57,563 bases of DNA from NCBI GenBank assembly GCA_031554275.1, contig JAVBKB010000018.1, forward strand, positions 1-57,563, written 5' to 3'. Position numbers and translations under genes: made by a program. This document shows, one piece after another, positions 9,190-19,716 of the stretch (positions within the stretch are counted from its first letter, which is position 1; each line of letters begins with the position of its first letter). The DNA is from Bacillales bacterium. GTDB lineage: Bacteria; Bacillota; Bacilli; JARBTR01. Below the pieces are notes generated by a model. That model was not told where the DNA came from, did no database searches, and worked only from the letters and a program-made list of their open reading frames with translations.

Positions 9190-11655
9190 TCATTTTGTTT
9201 GACCAGGCAAAATAATAGTTGTTAGCAAGGGATTGTTTTTATAATCATACCTAGTTAGTTTCAGATTTTTGCTTAAGTCAAGCCTTGTCAAGTTGTTGAT
9301 ACTTGCATCGAGAGTAACTAAATTTACATTTTTACTAACATCCAATTCTGATAATTGATTCCGATAAATGTATAGACTATCCAATAGTGAATTTTGACTA
9401 AGATCAATACTTGTGAGGTTATTGGATGAAGCGTTCAAGTATCGCAAAACAGTATTCTTACTGACATCGATATTTTCCAATGCAAGGAAACTGATGTTAA
9501 GCCCTTGAAGTAATGTATTTTTGCTAACATCGACTGTTGTAAGCAGATTTGTGTTTAGATACACTTCCTTTAGTTTTGTTAGTTCACTTAAATCTATACT
9601 TGTTAACTTATTCTCATTTAAAATAACCTCAGTCAGATTCAAATTCTTACTTAGATCAATCTGAGAAAACTTATTACTAGCTAGACGTAGCACAGCTAAA
9701 TCTGGATTATTGCTTAGATCTATAGTAGTTAGCTGGTTGGAGTTAAAGCAAAGCTGAGTAAGTTTCGTATTTTTGCTAACATCGACTTGCTTTAGATCCC
9801 CACCATAGATCGCTAAATCAGTTAAGTTCACCAAATGTTGAATCCCATCTGCACTGGTTACTACTTGAGTTCTTGAATAATTACCAAGCAGAATCTTTTT
9901 TATTTTCTGTGCATCTGCAATTGTCATTACGCTATCAACAGATTTATACAACTGTCTAGCAATTTCCCCTGCTAAGATCGGGTCTGGGAAAACCTCATTA
10001 ATAACACCAATATTCGGATTTTCAGTTACGGTGACAGTACAGGTCGCTGTCTTTCCGCCCAATGCTTGCGCCGTGATAATTGTTGTTCCTACTGAAACTG
10101 CGCTAACTATACCAGACGATGACACTGTTGCAACATTTGGGTTGCTACTACTCCATGTCAAAGTTTTTGCTGTAGTATTTGTAGGTAGCAGATTTGCAAT
10201 TAATGTGACACTCGATCTTTCTTGTAATGAAAGAGATGACTTATCAATAGATACGCTTGTTGGTAAGCATGACGAATAATATTTTGTGGAAGCATCAATT
10301 TGATCAGAAATAGCTTGATCTAGAATTGGTGTCCCATTTTGTAGAATTCTAACTTTCTTCACTTGTGCAGCTTTTCCATTTGCTGTAGTGTCCTCAACAC
10401 CAATGTACCAGTTCTTTGACTGCCACCCCACTGGAAGTGGATAGGATCCAAAAAGGGGACTATCTGTGAAGAAATTTCCGGAGGGCTGGTTAAAATCAAA
10501 AACAAAAGTACCTTCTTTTTCAACTAGTGAAGTAGATCCATCAAACGCCACTCCTGCATTCGAGTAATTAGTGAATGTGGTGATTCTAGAAACAGGTTGG
10601 CTGCCCCATTCACCCATTGAAATTCTTAAATCATTTCTCTTAGCATGGCTGAGTGTGATCTCACCAACAAGAACTGGATTGAAATTCCCAACTTCGATTG
10701 TGTAATATGCATAACTACTGAAAATACCATCCCTACTCGGATCGTTCAAATTGGTTGCATTTGATTTCTTATTTAAAGCATCATACATTACCCATACAAA
10801 ACCACCATTGTTCCATTCTATCCCATATTGATTTGCTACTTTAAAAGCACCCTTTTCAAAAGCCTCAATACTTCCGTTCGCATTTAGATCATAGCTTATT
10901 GTATCATCATATCCAACAATACTCATTGCATGGGACAAAGAATTACCAGTCTGTTTTATTGCAATATTTCCGACTGGGCTACTTTTGGTTATCCATGAAT
11001 TTATGTAAGTTGAAAAGGTTAGAACATGCCCACTGTTAAGAAGATCCTTCATATTATATAAATCTGTATCATTATTAGAAGTTATAGGTGTTTCCACATC
11101 TGATGGCGAAAACGAGTTAAAATTAAATGTTGTAACTCTTGTTTGTAGTGCTTTACGCATTTGTTCTGTATTTGTACACCACTCTGTGAAATTGTTTGGG
11201 TTATCCTGTGAATATGAGAATTCTGAATACTTTATAGCCCCATGTCTTTGCAGAATAAAATAGTTATCCACCATACTTGTGCCTTTATCAGGGTCACCAT
11301 TATTTAAGTAATTGTATGTCCATTTCGGCGAAGCACGATATTCTGCTGATGCCTTCGCATCCCAATTATTCAATCGAGCTGCTTGATAGGTAAACTGGTA
11401 GTAAGTAGTTGCCCAAGAACCGCAAGAACCACCCCATTGTGAATCAATAGGCGGGAAATACTTATCTTTACTTAAGTCTACACTGGCAGGTTGAACTGTT
11501 TTAAGCAGGGAACTTTTGGGTGCAACATAAGTGGGTGGAACATCGCTCTTAATTAAACCTGTCCCAAATTCTTCTGCTAAAGCTGTTTTTGATAACACAG
11601 CACACAATACTATTGTTATAAAAGGCAGTAAGATAAACTTCGATATTTTTTTCAT
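9190..11655 (-). CDS. Secreted multidomain protein: papain-like (C1) cysteine peptidase + P-domain-like beta-sandwich + Big_2 + internalin-type cap and about 11 LRRs. No cell-wall anchor.
   Basis: Start moved to MKKISKF (ATG 11655, RBS GGAG), which begins a signal peptide ending ALAEE. Peptidase motifs: QWGGSCGSWA, SHAMSIVGYDD, NQYGIEWNNGGF. Big_2 motif: LTWSSSNPNVATV. Cap motif: VFPDPILAGEIARQL. The 22-aa repeats read L..L.L..N.LT.IDLS.N. Confidence 0.8.
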   Translation of the reverse strand: MKKISKFILLPFITIVLCAVLSKTALAEEFGTGLIKSDVPPTYVAPKSSLLKTVQPASVDLSKDKYFPPIDSQWGGSCGSWATTYYQFTYQAARLNNWDAKASAEYRASPKWTYNYLNNGDPDKGTSMVDNYFILQRHGAIKYSEFSYSQDNPNNFTEWCTNTEQMRKALQTRVTTFNFNSFSPSDVETPITSNNDTDLYNMKDLLNSGHVLTFSTYINSWITKSSPVGNIAIKQTGNSLSHAMSIVGYDDTISYDLNANGSIEAFEKGAFKVANQYGIEWNNGGFVWVMYDALNKKSNATNLNDPSRDGIFSSYAYYTIEVGNFNPVLVGEITLSHAKRNDLRISMGEWGSQPVSRITTFTNYSNAGVAFDGSTSLVEKEGTFVFDFNQPSGNFFTDSPLFGSYPLPVGWQSKNWYIGVEDTTANGKAAQVKKVRILQNGTPILDQAISDQIDASTKYYSSCLPTSVSIDKSSLSLQERSSVTLIANLLPTNTTAKTLTWSSSNPNVATVSSSGIVSAVSVGTTIITAQALGGKTATCTVTVTENPNIGVINEVFPDPILAGEIARQLYKSVDSVMTIADAQKIKKILLGNYSRTQVVTSADGIQHLVNLTDLAIYGGDLKQVDVSKNTKLTQLCFNSNQLTTIDLSNNPDLAVLRLASNKFSQIDLSKNLNLTEVILNENKLTSIDLSELTKLKEVYLNTNLLTTVDVSKNTLLQGLNISFLALENIDVSKNTVLRYLNASSNNLTSIDLSQNSLLDSLYIYRNQLSELDVSKNVNLVTLDASINNLTRLDLSKNLKLTRYDYKNNPLLTTIILPGQTK

Positions 11656-12194
11656 TTCTACACGCTCCGATAAATATTTTTTAATTATAAAATTCCACAA
11701 CCAGTTCCCTCAAATCTGTTTTTGACTAGCTTAGAAGTTTAAAAACATCACCTCCTAATTCAGTTGTATTGCATTACGATTTGAAAAAATATTCCTGAAA
11801 TCAATATTAATCTATAACAATAACACTCTATTACTAACTATCTGAATTTTACCATCCCGTTTGTGAACTTACAAGAAAAATTTTGCATTTTCGTCAACCA
11901 TGGGCGAGAATAATACTTTTCTTTGCAGAAATACTAAAAAATTTTGAAACGAGTGTTTAAGTTACATATGCTTTTAGGGTTATAGATGCTGAAGGCAATA
12001 AGTTGGTTAATAAAACACATGTTTCATTCATTAGCAATGATGAAACATTCATGAGAGAATACCCCATTAAAAGTTTAACGAGATAAGCATTCTGAAAAAT
12101 AGTCGCACAATGCAGGAGCAGTAAAGTGACTTAAAAATGGCTAAGAACCAAGAAACCGAAATAAATCAACGATCATTCCAGTTTTCTCTAGTCG

Positions 12195-12244
12195 AAAAAA
12201 CACCACTTAAGCTAGCACGATAAAAGTGCAGATTAGTGGTGTTG
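12195..12244 (-). terminator. Terminator after uvrA
   Basis: Inverted repeat AACACCACT...AGTGGTGTT with an inner GCAC/GTGC stem, followed by a T-run on the minus strand. Confidence 0.5.
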
Positions 12245-12283
12245 TTTTACATGTTGCTTATACTGTTATCAGGATTACCGTCT

Positions 12284-15133
12284 CTAAACCAATAAACCCA
12301 TGCGCTTCCGCTCACGATCCAAGACTGGTTTCAGATATTTTCCAGTGTATGAGATAGGGCTCTCAGCGACTTCTTCCGGCGTTCCTGTGGCAATAATTGT
12401 TCCACCTTTGTCGCCGCCTTCCGGTCCCAAGTCAATGATAAAGTCTGCTGCTTTCACAATGTCAAGATTATGCTCGATGACAAGTACTGTATCCCCGTTT
12501 TCCACTAGGCGTTGCAGCACCTCTAATAATCGAGCAATATCATGGACATGCAAGCCTGTTGTCGGCTCATCCAAAATGTAGAAGCTTCGTCCATTTGATC
12601 GGCGATGTAATTCAGACGCTAGCTTCACGCGTTGCGCTTCTCCGCCAGATAGGGTGGTTGCTGGTTGCCCTAAGGTAATGTAACCCAATCCCACATCGAA
12701 AAGCGTTTGCATCTTGCGTTGGATTTTCGGGATGTGTTCAAAGAATTCCAGTGCATCCTCAACAGTCATTCCGAGCACATTGGAAATGCTTTTTCCTTTG
12801 TAAAGTACTTCTAGAGTTTCACGATTATATCGTTTACCATGACAAATTTCACAAGGCACATAGACATCTGGCAGGAAATGCATTTCAATCTTAATGATTC
12901 CGTCACCATTACAAGCTTCGCAACGCCCTCCCTTTACATTAAAGCTAAAGCGTCCTTTCTTGTATCCGCGAACTTTTGCCTCATTTGTCATTGCAAACAC
13001 ATCGCGAATATCATCAAACACACCTGTATAAGTAGCAGGATTTGATCGCGGAGTTCTCCCAATAGGCGATTGATCAATATCAATTACCTTTTCCAAATGC
13101 TCCACTCCAAGAATCTCATCATGTTCACCAGGTCGAGCCTTAGCACGGTTGATTTTGTGCGCCAAAGATTTGTGGAGAATCTCATTAATCAATGTACTCT
13201 TTCCTGAACCAGAAACACCTGTCACTGCTACAAAGGAACCCAGTGGAATCTTCACTGACACATCTTTCAGATTGTTTTCCTTTGCGCCAATAATTTCAAT
13301 GAAGCGCCCATCGGCTTGACGCCGCGTCTCTGGTAGTGGAATAAATTTCTTTCCCGACAAATACTGTCCGGTTAAAGACTTTGGATCATTCATCACTTCT
13401 TCTGGTGTACCAATTGAGACAATTTCTCCACCGTGAACACCTGCACCTGGACCAATATCAAGTAAATAATCTGCTGCTAGCATCGTGTCTTCATCATGCT
13501 CAACAACTAGTAAAGTGTTTCCAATATCTCGCATGCTTTTCAGTGTGCTAATCAAACGATCATTGTCACGTTGATGCAGGCCAATTGAAGGCTCATCCAG
13601 GATATAGAGCACCCCTGTGAGTCTTGATCCAATCTGTGTTGCTAATCGAATTCGTTGGGCTTCCCCACCTGACAGTGTTCCAGCAGCTCTTGAAAGAGTT
13701 AAATAGTCTAAACCAACGTTTATCAGAAATCCAAGTCTCTCTTCTATCTCACGCAGAACTAACCTTGCAATTTGTTGCTCCTTCTCTGAAAGTTGCAGAT
13801 TCAAGATAAAATCCATTGCCTCTGTCACTGAGTAGGAAGTGATTTCGCTGATATGTTTATTATTGATTTTCACAGCCAATGCTTCTTGCTTCAATCTGTG
13901 TCCATCACAGCTTGGGCAGGCATGCTGTGACATGTAACGCTCTGTCAGTTCTCGAACATATTCAGAAGATGTTTCACGATATCTGCGTTCAATATTTGGA
14001 ATGACACCTGAAAATTTTGTATCGGAATCACGCGTATAGCCAAATTCATTTACATAACGAAATGGAAACATTTCTCCTTTTGAACCATTTAGAATAATGT
14101 CCATATGCTCAGGTGATAAATCCTTGATTGGTGCGTCCATGTCTATTTTGAAATGCTTACAAACAGCTTCTAATAATTGTGGATAATAGGTACTAGTTGG
14201 AGAATCCCATGGGGCTATTGCATTTTGGCGTAAGCTCAGTTCGTTATTTGGAATCACCAAATCCGGGTCAACCATTAACTTAATGCCAAGTCCATCACAT
14301 GTTTGACATGCACCAAACGGACTGTTGAATGAAAACAGCTTGGGTTCTAGTTCACCAATCGAGAAGCCACAATAAGGGCAGGCGTGATGCTCACTGAAAA
14401 GAATTTCTTTGTCATCGATAACGTCGACAATCACTGTACCTTCTGCGAGGCGCAGTGCAGTCTCTAAGGAGTCGGAGGCACGTGTGGCTGCACCCTCCTT
14501 AACGACAATTCGATCTATAACAACTTCTATATTGTGCTTTTTATTTTTATCTAATTGAATGTCATCATCCAGTCCGATTGTTTCGCCATTAATACGAACA
14601 CGAACAAAGCCTTGACGTTTGATATCTTCTAGCGTTTTGACATGCGTTCCTTTTCGCCCTGAGACAATTGGTGCAAGGATCTGCATTTTCGTTCCCTCTG
14701 GGAACTCCATTATACGGTCAACCATTTGTTCAATCGTCTGGGAAGTGATTTCAATCCCATGTGTTGGACAAACTGGATGACCAACTCGGGCATACATTAA
14801 ACGGAGGTAGTCATAGATTTCAGTCACCGTTCCTACAGTAGAACGCGGATTACGACTGGTTGTTTTTTGATCAATTGAAATCGCGGGAGACAGCCCCTCG
14901 ATCGTGTCTACATCTGGTTTATCCATTTGCCCAAGAAACTGACGTGCATAAGCGGAAAGCGACTCTACATAGCGTCGTTGACCTTCTGCATATATAGTAT
15001 CAAAAGCTAACGAGGATTTACCTGAACCAGACAATCCTGTAAGCACAACTAGCTTATCACGAGGAATCGTTACATCTATATTTTTTAAGTTATGGGCACG
15101 CGCACCCTTAACAATTATCTTATCCATTGCCAT
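12284..15133 (-). CDS. uvrA: Excinuclease ABC subunit A
   Basis: [55 protein letters not shown]. Start trimmed to the MAMDK ATG at 15133, which has an AAGAGG RBS. Confidence 0.97.
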   Translation of the reverse strand: MAMDKIIVKGARAHNLKNIDVTIPRDKLVVLTGLSGSGKSSLAFDTIYAEGQRRYVESLSAYARQFLGQMDKPDVDTIEGLSPAISIDQKTTSRNPRSTVGTVTEIYDYLRLMYARVGHPVCPTHGIEITSQTIEQMVDRIMEFPEGTKMQILAPIVSGRKGTHVKTLEDIKRQGFVRVRINGETIGLDDDIQLDKNKKHNIEVVIDRIVVKEGAATRASDSLETALRLAEGTVIVDVIDDKEILFSEHHACPYCGFSIGELEPKLFSFNSPFGACQTCDGLGIKLMVDPDLVIPNNELSLRQNAIAPWDSPTSTYYPQLLEAVCKHFKIDMDAPIKDLSPEHMDIILNGSKGEMFPFRYVNEFGYTRDSDTKFSGVIPNIERRYRETSSEYVRELTERYMSQHACPSCDGHRLKQEALAVKINNKHISEITSYSVTEAMDFILNLQLSEKEQQIARLVLREIEERLGFLINVGLDYLTLSRAAGTLSGGEAQRIRLATQIGSRLTGVLYILDEPSIGLHQRDNDRLISTLKSMRDIGNTLLVVEHDEDTMLAADYLLDIGPGAGVHGGEIVSIGTPEEVMNDPKSLTGQYLSGKKFIPLPETRRQADGRFIEIIGAKENNLKDVSVKIPLGSFVAVTGVSGSGKSTLINEILHKSLAHKINRAKARPGEHDEILGVEHLEKVIDIDQSPIGRTPRSNPATYTGVFDDIRDVFAMTNEAKVRGYKKGRFSFNVKGGRCEACNGDGIIKIEMHFLPDVYVPCEICHGKRYNRETLEVLYKGKSISNVLGMTVEDALEFFEHIPKIQRKMQTLFDVGLGYITLGQPATTLSGGEAQRVKLASELHRRSNGRSFYILDEPTTGLHVHDIARLLEVLQRLVENGDTVLVIEHNLDIVKAADFIIDLGPEGGDKGGTIIATGTPEEVAESPISYTGKYLKPVLDRERKRMGLLV

Positions 15134-15272
15134 ACAACAATACCTCTTTACTAAATTATTCTTTCCTTTGATGATCAAGCCAAAGCAGGTTCCAATAATA
15201 CTGACTTAGAAGCCAACTTGGTTGCTGCCGCAAAATATCATATCCAACAATTATTGGACCCCTACAAAACCA

Positions 15273-15710
15273 CTACCAGCCGTAAACAGTAAACTGCTGA
15301 CCCTTTTGGTACTGCTCAAAAGCATACTTCACATAGGGTACCATATTCTGAGGCAATGTTGATACTGGAAACCATGATAGGTCGTCACATTTATCTGGTT
15401 CCGCATTCCGCACATCTCCTGACCATTTATCTGCGACAAAAAAATAGTCAATCCGTTCCGTATCACTGTTGCGATGCATCACTTGTACCGTATGAAGATC
15501 CTCTTCACTGATGACAATTCCCGCCTCTTCTTCGGCTTCACGAATCATCGCTTGCGAAACTGTTTCTCCACCATCAATGTGACCAGCAACAACACTATAT
15601 TTTCCATCCATGAAACCTGTATTCAACCGACGGAGCAATAGCACTTCGCCATTTCTCAATAAAAACAGATGTACGGCTACCGGTATTTTCAGTTTTGTCA
15701 TTGAATTCAT
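15273..15710 (-). CDS. NUDIX hydrolase
   Basis: Complete Nudix box GHIDGGETVSQAMIREAEEEAGI (GX5EX7REUXEEXGU). Confidence 0.85.
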   Translation of the reverse strand: MNSMTKLKIPVAVHLFLLRNGEVLLLRRLNTGFMDGKYSVVAGHIDGGETVSQAMIREAEEEAGIVISEEDLHTVQVMHRNSDTERIDYFFVADKWSGDVRNAEPDKCDDLSWFPVSTLPQNMVPYVKYAFEQYQKGQQFTVYGW

Positions 15711-15717
15711 TCCTTAA

Positions 15718-15957
15718 TTAGCTTTGCATAACGCCAATGATTAATAGCGCAGCCCCAACAATCAGCGCAACCACGCTTATCATCATTCTCTTTTGGATCA
15801 GTTTTTTTACGGTTGCTGCATTTTCCATTGCTTGTCCTTTGGCATTCAATATTTTCGATTTTTGCCAAAGTACGCTCATCACAAACCCACTCGCAAATAC
15901 TGTGATCATTCCTAATATAATTAGAATTATTGCCATTTGTACCAATCCTGCTTTCAC
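15718..15957 (-). CDS. Small two-TM membrane protein, function unknown
   Basis: 79 aa with two hydrophobic helices. It is tightly packed between the GNAT gene (3-nt gap) and the NUDIX gene (7-nt gap). Confidence 0.5.
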   Translation of the reverse strand: MKAGLVQMAIILIILGMITVFASGFVMSVLWQKSKILNAKGQAMENAATVKKLIQKRMMISVVALIVGAALLIIGVMQS

Positions 15958-15960
15958 GTT

Positions 15961-16464
15961 TTAATAAATATACCTAACAGTACACAAAGTCTTTCCACCG
16001 ACTTCGATGTAGTGCTTTTCCTCATTGCAAGAAAATCCACATTTCTCATAGAATTTTCGTGCTTGTTTGTTTTCTTCTAATACCCATAAAAAATATTTTG
16101 GAAATCCTTCATCCTGAAGTTCTTGTTGAACTGCCTTTATCAGGATTCTCCCGTAGCCCTTGCCAATATAATTCGGTAGCAAATACAAAGAGACAATCTC
16201 ACCATAATCAGAGTACAACTCGTCGCGCGACCTACCGTAAAAGGCACATCCAATTGGTTTCTCGCCATCTACCAAAAGACGGGCTGACATCGTTTGCTGT
16301 CGCAAAGATTCTGCAAATATCGAATTCCAACGATCTGCTGATAGTTCATCTAAATAACTATCTGGTACAAATCCCCGATAAGCAACTTTCCAACTTTCAG
16401 CATGAATTTGTGCCATTACTTTTGCATCGTTAACATCCGCTTTTCTTGTTTGCATTTCCATCAC
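15961..16464 (-). CDS. GNAT-family N-acetyltransferase
   Basis: 167 aa. Acetyl-CoA binding-type motif YIGKGYGRILI plus C-terminal ARKFYEKCGF. Confidence 0.85.
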   Translation of the reverse strand: MMEMQTRKADVNDAKVMAQIHAESWKVAYRGFVPDSYLDELSADRWNSIFAESLRQQTMSARLLVDGEKPIGCAFYGRSRDELYSDYGEIVSLYLLPNYIGKGYGRILIKAVQQELQDEGFPKYFLWVLEENKQARKFYEKCGFSCNEEKHYIEVGGKTLCTVRYIY

Positions 16465-16584
16465 CTTCCAAAAATCAACATGGTAGCTCTAATTTTCGGG
16501 AACATTCCATTATGTTCATCCTAACAGGATTATAACTTGGATTCGTAAATGTCAGAGACTCGAAATCCGATAATGAAAAGGATG

Positions 16585-18570
16585 TTATTTCATTGCTCTC
16601 AGTTCGATAATTACATCTCTGAGCTGGGCAGCCGTCTCGAAATCTAAGCTTCTCGCTGCTTCTTTCATGTCATATTCTAAGCGATTAATCACTTGTTGGC
16701 GATCCTTTTTCGTCATTGAATTGTAATCAGGTGTTCCCTCTGCCACTTCACCCGCTTCCGTTGAAGCAAAATGAGTAGCTCTAATGATATCACGAATATC
16801 TTTCTTGATAGTACTTGGCGTGATTCCATTCTTCTTATTATAAGCTTCTTGTATCGTACGGCGTCGCTCAGTTTCTTTTATTGCAATTTCCATTGAGTTA
16901 GTAATTTTGTCTGCATACATAATTACCCTACCATCGGAATTTCGTGCTGCTCGTCCAATGGTTTGAATCAGCGAACGCTCCGATCTCAGGAAACCTTCTT
17001 TATCAGCGTCAAGAATAGCGACAAGTGAAACTTCGGGAATATCCAAGCCTTCGCGCAAGAGGTTTATTCCTACCAAAACATCATATTTTCCAAGTCGCAA
17101 GTCCCGAATGACTTCAATTCGTTCTAATGTTTTGATCTCTGAATGCAAATAGTTAACTTTGATGCCAAGTTCCTTCAAATACTTAGTTAAATCCTCAGAC
17201 ATCTTCTTTGTAAGTGTAGTGATCAGTACTCGCTCATTCTTAGCGGCTCGATCATTTATTTCATGTAGCAGATCATCAATTTGCCCTTCAATTGGTCTTA
17301 CCTCAATAATTGGGTCGAGTAACCCTGTTGGGCGAATGATTTGCTGCACCATTTCAGGACATCTTTCCAATTCCAACGGACCAGGTGTTGCCGAGCAATA
17401 AATAACCTGTGTCAAATGGTCTTCAAATTCAGGAAATTGTAGTGGGCGATTATCCATTGCTGAAGGCAAACGAAATCCATGCTCAACAAGAATTTCCTTT
17501 CTTGCCTTATCACCGTTAAACATCCCTCGAACCTGCGGTAATGATACATGTGATTCATCAACCACTAGAAGGAAATCCTTCGGGAAATAATCTAACAATG
17601 TATAAGGGATTGATCCCGCTTCACGCAGTGTCAAATGACGCGAATAGTTCTCAATGCCTGAGCAGAAACCCATTTCTCGCATCATTTCTAAATCATAACG
17701 TGTCCTCTGCTCCAAACGTTGTGCCTCTAATAGTTTTCCGTTCTCTTTGTAGTACTTTAACCGTTCTTCCAATTCCGCTTCGATATTCTCAATCGCTTTA
17801 ACCAGCTTTTCTTCACGAGTTACGAAGTGGGAAGCAGGAAAGATCGCTACATGCTGACGCTCATTTACAATTTCTCCCGTTAGGTAATTAATTTCGCGAA
17901 TCCGTTCGATCTCATCTCCGAAAAACTCCACACGAATACATTGCTCATCTCTTGATGCCGGAAAGATTTCAACAACATCTCCACGCACACGAAACGCACC
18001 TCGCTTGAAATCAATATCATTGCGTTCATACTGAATATCAACTAGCTTCCTAAGTAGCTGATTCCGATCCATTTCCATACCCACACGCAATGAAATAACA
18101 AGCTCTCTATACTCTTCCGGATTACCGAGACCATAGATACAGGATACACTCGCGATAATCACAACATCATTCCGTTCAAATAATGATGACGTAGCCGAGT
18201 GACGTAGCTTATCTATTTCATCATTAATGCTTGAATCCTTTTCGATGTAAGTATCAGTATGTGCAACATAGGCTTCTGGTTGAAAGTAATCATAGTAACT
18301 TACGAAGTATTCAACCGCATTGTTCGGGAAGAACTCCTTGAATTCACTATACAACTGTCCTGCTAATGTTTTGTTATGTGCCAAAATTAACGTCGGCTTA
18401 TTGATTTCCTTAATGACATTTGAAATAGTAAACGTTTTCCCAGTTCCTGTTGCCCCTAGCAAGGTTTGAAAACGTTCCCCTTTTTCAATTCCTTCCACCA
18501 GTTCTCGAATCGCTTCTGGTTGGTCACCACTTGGTTCGAATTTAGAAACTAATTCAAAGTGTTCTGACAT
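16585..18570 (-). CDS. uvrB: Excinuclease ABC subunit B
   Basis: [17 protein letters not shown]...[10 protein letters not shown], helicase motifs, and a C-terminal UVR domain (AAQLRD). Confidence 0.97.
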   Translation of the reverse strand: MSEHFELVSKFEPSGDQPEAIRELVEGIEKGERFQTLLGATGTGKTFTISNVIKEINKPTLILAHNKTLAGQLYSEFKEFFPNNAVEYFVSYYDYFQPEAYVAHTDTYIEKDSSINDEIDKLRHSATSSLFERNDVVIIASVSCIYGLGNPEEYRELVISLRVGMEMDRNQLLRKLVDIQYERNDIDFKRGAFRVRGDVVEIFPASRDEQCIRVEFFGDEIERIREINYLTGEIVNERQHVAIFPASHFVTREEKLVKAIENIEAELEERLKYYKENGKLLEAQRLEQRTRYDLEMMREMGFCSGIENYSRHLTLREAGSIPYTLLDYFPKDFLLVVDESHVSLPQVRGMFNGDKARKEILVEHGFRLPSAMDNRPLQFPEFEDHLTQVIYCSATPGPLELERCPEMVQQIIRPTGLLDPIIEVRPIEGQIDDLLHEINDRAAKNERVLITTLTKKMSEDLTKYLKELGIKVNYLHSEIKTLERIEVIRDLRLGKYDVLVGINLLREGLDIPEVSLVAILDADKEGFLRSERSLIQTIGRAARNSDGRVIMYADKITNSMEIAIKETERRRTIQEAYNKKNGITPSTIKKDIRDIIRATHFASTEAGEVAEGTPDYNSMTKKDRQQVINRLEYDMKEAARSLDFETAAQLRDVIIELRAMK

Positions 18571-18652
18571 ATCGCCCTCGATTTATTGTATTTGATTTAT
18601 TCATTATAGAAGAATTGTTCATACTTTGCCATTATATCAAAAGAGCACAGTG

Positions 18653-18666
18653 CGAACAAGCGTTTG
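18653..18666. promoter_or_regulatory. Candidate LexA (Cheo/SOS) box upstream of uvrB
   Basis: CGAACAAGCGTTTG versus consensus CGAAC-N4-GTTCG (one mismatch), 83-96 nt upstream of the uvrB start. A weaker GAAGAATTGTTC lies at 18609-18620. Confidence 0.4.
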
Positions 18667-18863
18667 TTTAAAAATTCAATTGCTTTACACTTTTTAAAAA
18701 TTCAGTGGCTATACTGTTAATTTTTTATAGCTATCATTTCGCTTGCTCCTTCATGTTAAATTCTAATCTGTTTATTTTTAATTTTAGAGAGCCTTCGAAA
18801 TTACTACATCGATTTGAGCCTCCAGCTCGTACTATGATACTCCGAAATAATTTTCGGTTGCAG

Positions 18864-18892
18864 TTGACTTAAAATACAAAGTCGTGTAATAT
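18864..18892 (+). promoter_or_regulatory. Sigma-A-type promoter of the padR operon
   Basis: TTGACT (18864-18869), 17-bp spacer, TAATAT (18887-18892). Confidence 0.5.
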
Positions 18893-18893
18893 T

Positions 18894-18960
18894 GCTCTAT
18901 GTAATAGAACTCTATATTATAGAGTTGTATCTCACAGAACTCTATGTGATGTAACTCTAT
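18894..18960 (+). promoter_or_regulatory. Operator-like repeat array (five copies of AACTCTAT, including a perfect 19-bp palindrome)
   Basis: gCTCTAT at 18894. AACTCTATA-T-TATAGAGTT at 18908-18926. AACTCTAT at 18938 and 18953. All lie between the -10 element and the padR RBS. Confidence 0.5.
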
Positions 18961-18991
18961 TCCCTAAAGTAAATTTAGAAAGGAGTTTATA

Positions 18992-19312
18992 ATGTTATCA
19001 AGTAGACATATGGAAACCATTTTGCTTCGCATAATTGACGAAAGTGATCGGTATGGTTACGAGCTATTTAAAGAGATCAGCGAACGATCTTTGGAACGAT
19101 TGCAAATAAAAGAAGCGACTTTATACGCTGTGCTGCAACGTTTGGAGAAGCAGGGTCAAATCTCCTCCTATCAAGGCGAGGTTAGTAATGGTAGCAAGCG
19201 AAGATATTACCACATTACCCCAAACGGGAAAGAAACTTTACAAACGGAAATGAAAGCTTGGCAAGAAATGAAGGAAATCTTAAATCTATTTTTGGAGGAA
19301 AAGGAACAATGA
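18992..19312 (+). CDS. PadR-family transcriptional regulator
   Basis: 106 aa winged-helix protein. RYGYELFKEI...ATLYAVLQRLEKQGQISS is typical of PadR. Confidence 0.85.
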   Translation: MLSSRHMETILLRIIDESDRYGYELFKEISERSLERLQIKEATLYAVLQRLEKQGQISSYQGEVSNGSKRRYYHITPNGKETLQTEMKAWQEMKEILNLFLEEKEQ

Positions 19313-19716
19313 GAGAAATTCAAAATTATGTGGGTAAAGCATTTGAAGGTGTGCCAGATAGTGATAGAAAGTTTGAGATGATTGATGAAATCAGTGCTCG
19401 TTTAAGCGATTCTGCAGCCAAACATATAGCAAATGGGAAGGAACGCGAGGATGCCATTAACAAAGCGATAGTAGATTTCGGAAATATGGATGAATTATTG
19501 GTTGGATTGCGAGAAGACGGTTCAGGCAAGCCCCGAAAGGGCAGAAGCGCATTTTTGTTTTCCATCTGGGCGAGTGTAATTTTGATTGTAATGGTTGTAT
19601 TTATTAACCTCTATTACTCACCAGATACGATTTGGTTTGTTTATCCTGCATTTGCAATTCTTTGGTGGCCTCTCGCAATGTTTTTCTTCGGGAATTGGCG
19701 AAAGGGGAATTCTTAA
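19309..19716 (+). CDS. PadR-associated membrane protein: N-terminal helical (DUF1700/HAAS-like) domain plus one 2TM module
   Basis: Start moved to MREIQNY. Its ATG overlaps the padR stop (ATGA). The C-terminal 2TM segment reads WFVYPAFAILWWPLAMFFFGNWRK. Confidence 0.7.
   Translation: MREIQNYVGKAFEGVPDSDRKFEMIDEISARLSDSAAKHIANGKEREDAINKAIVDFGNMDELLVGLREDGSGKPRKGRSAFLFSIWASVILIVMVVFINLYYSPDTIWFVYPAFAILWWPLAMFFFGNWRKGNS

Noticed and set aside
12300-18570. Antisense ORFs inside uvrA and uvrB (12300-12581, 12839-13045, 13624-13809, 17159-17401, 17541-17801) and inside the GNAT and membrane genes (15737-15964, 16059-16433)
   Set aside because: They are embedded opposite strongly conserved coding sequence and show no motifs. 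They are typical shadow ORFs.
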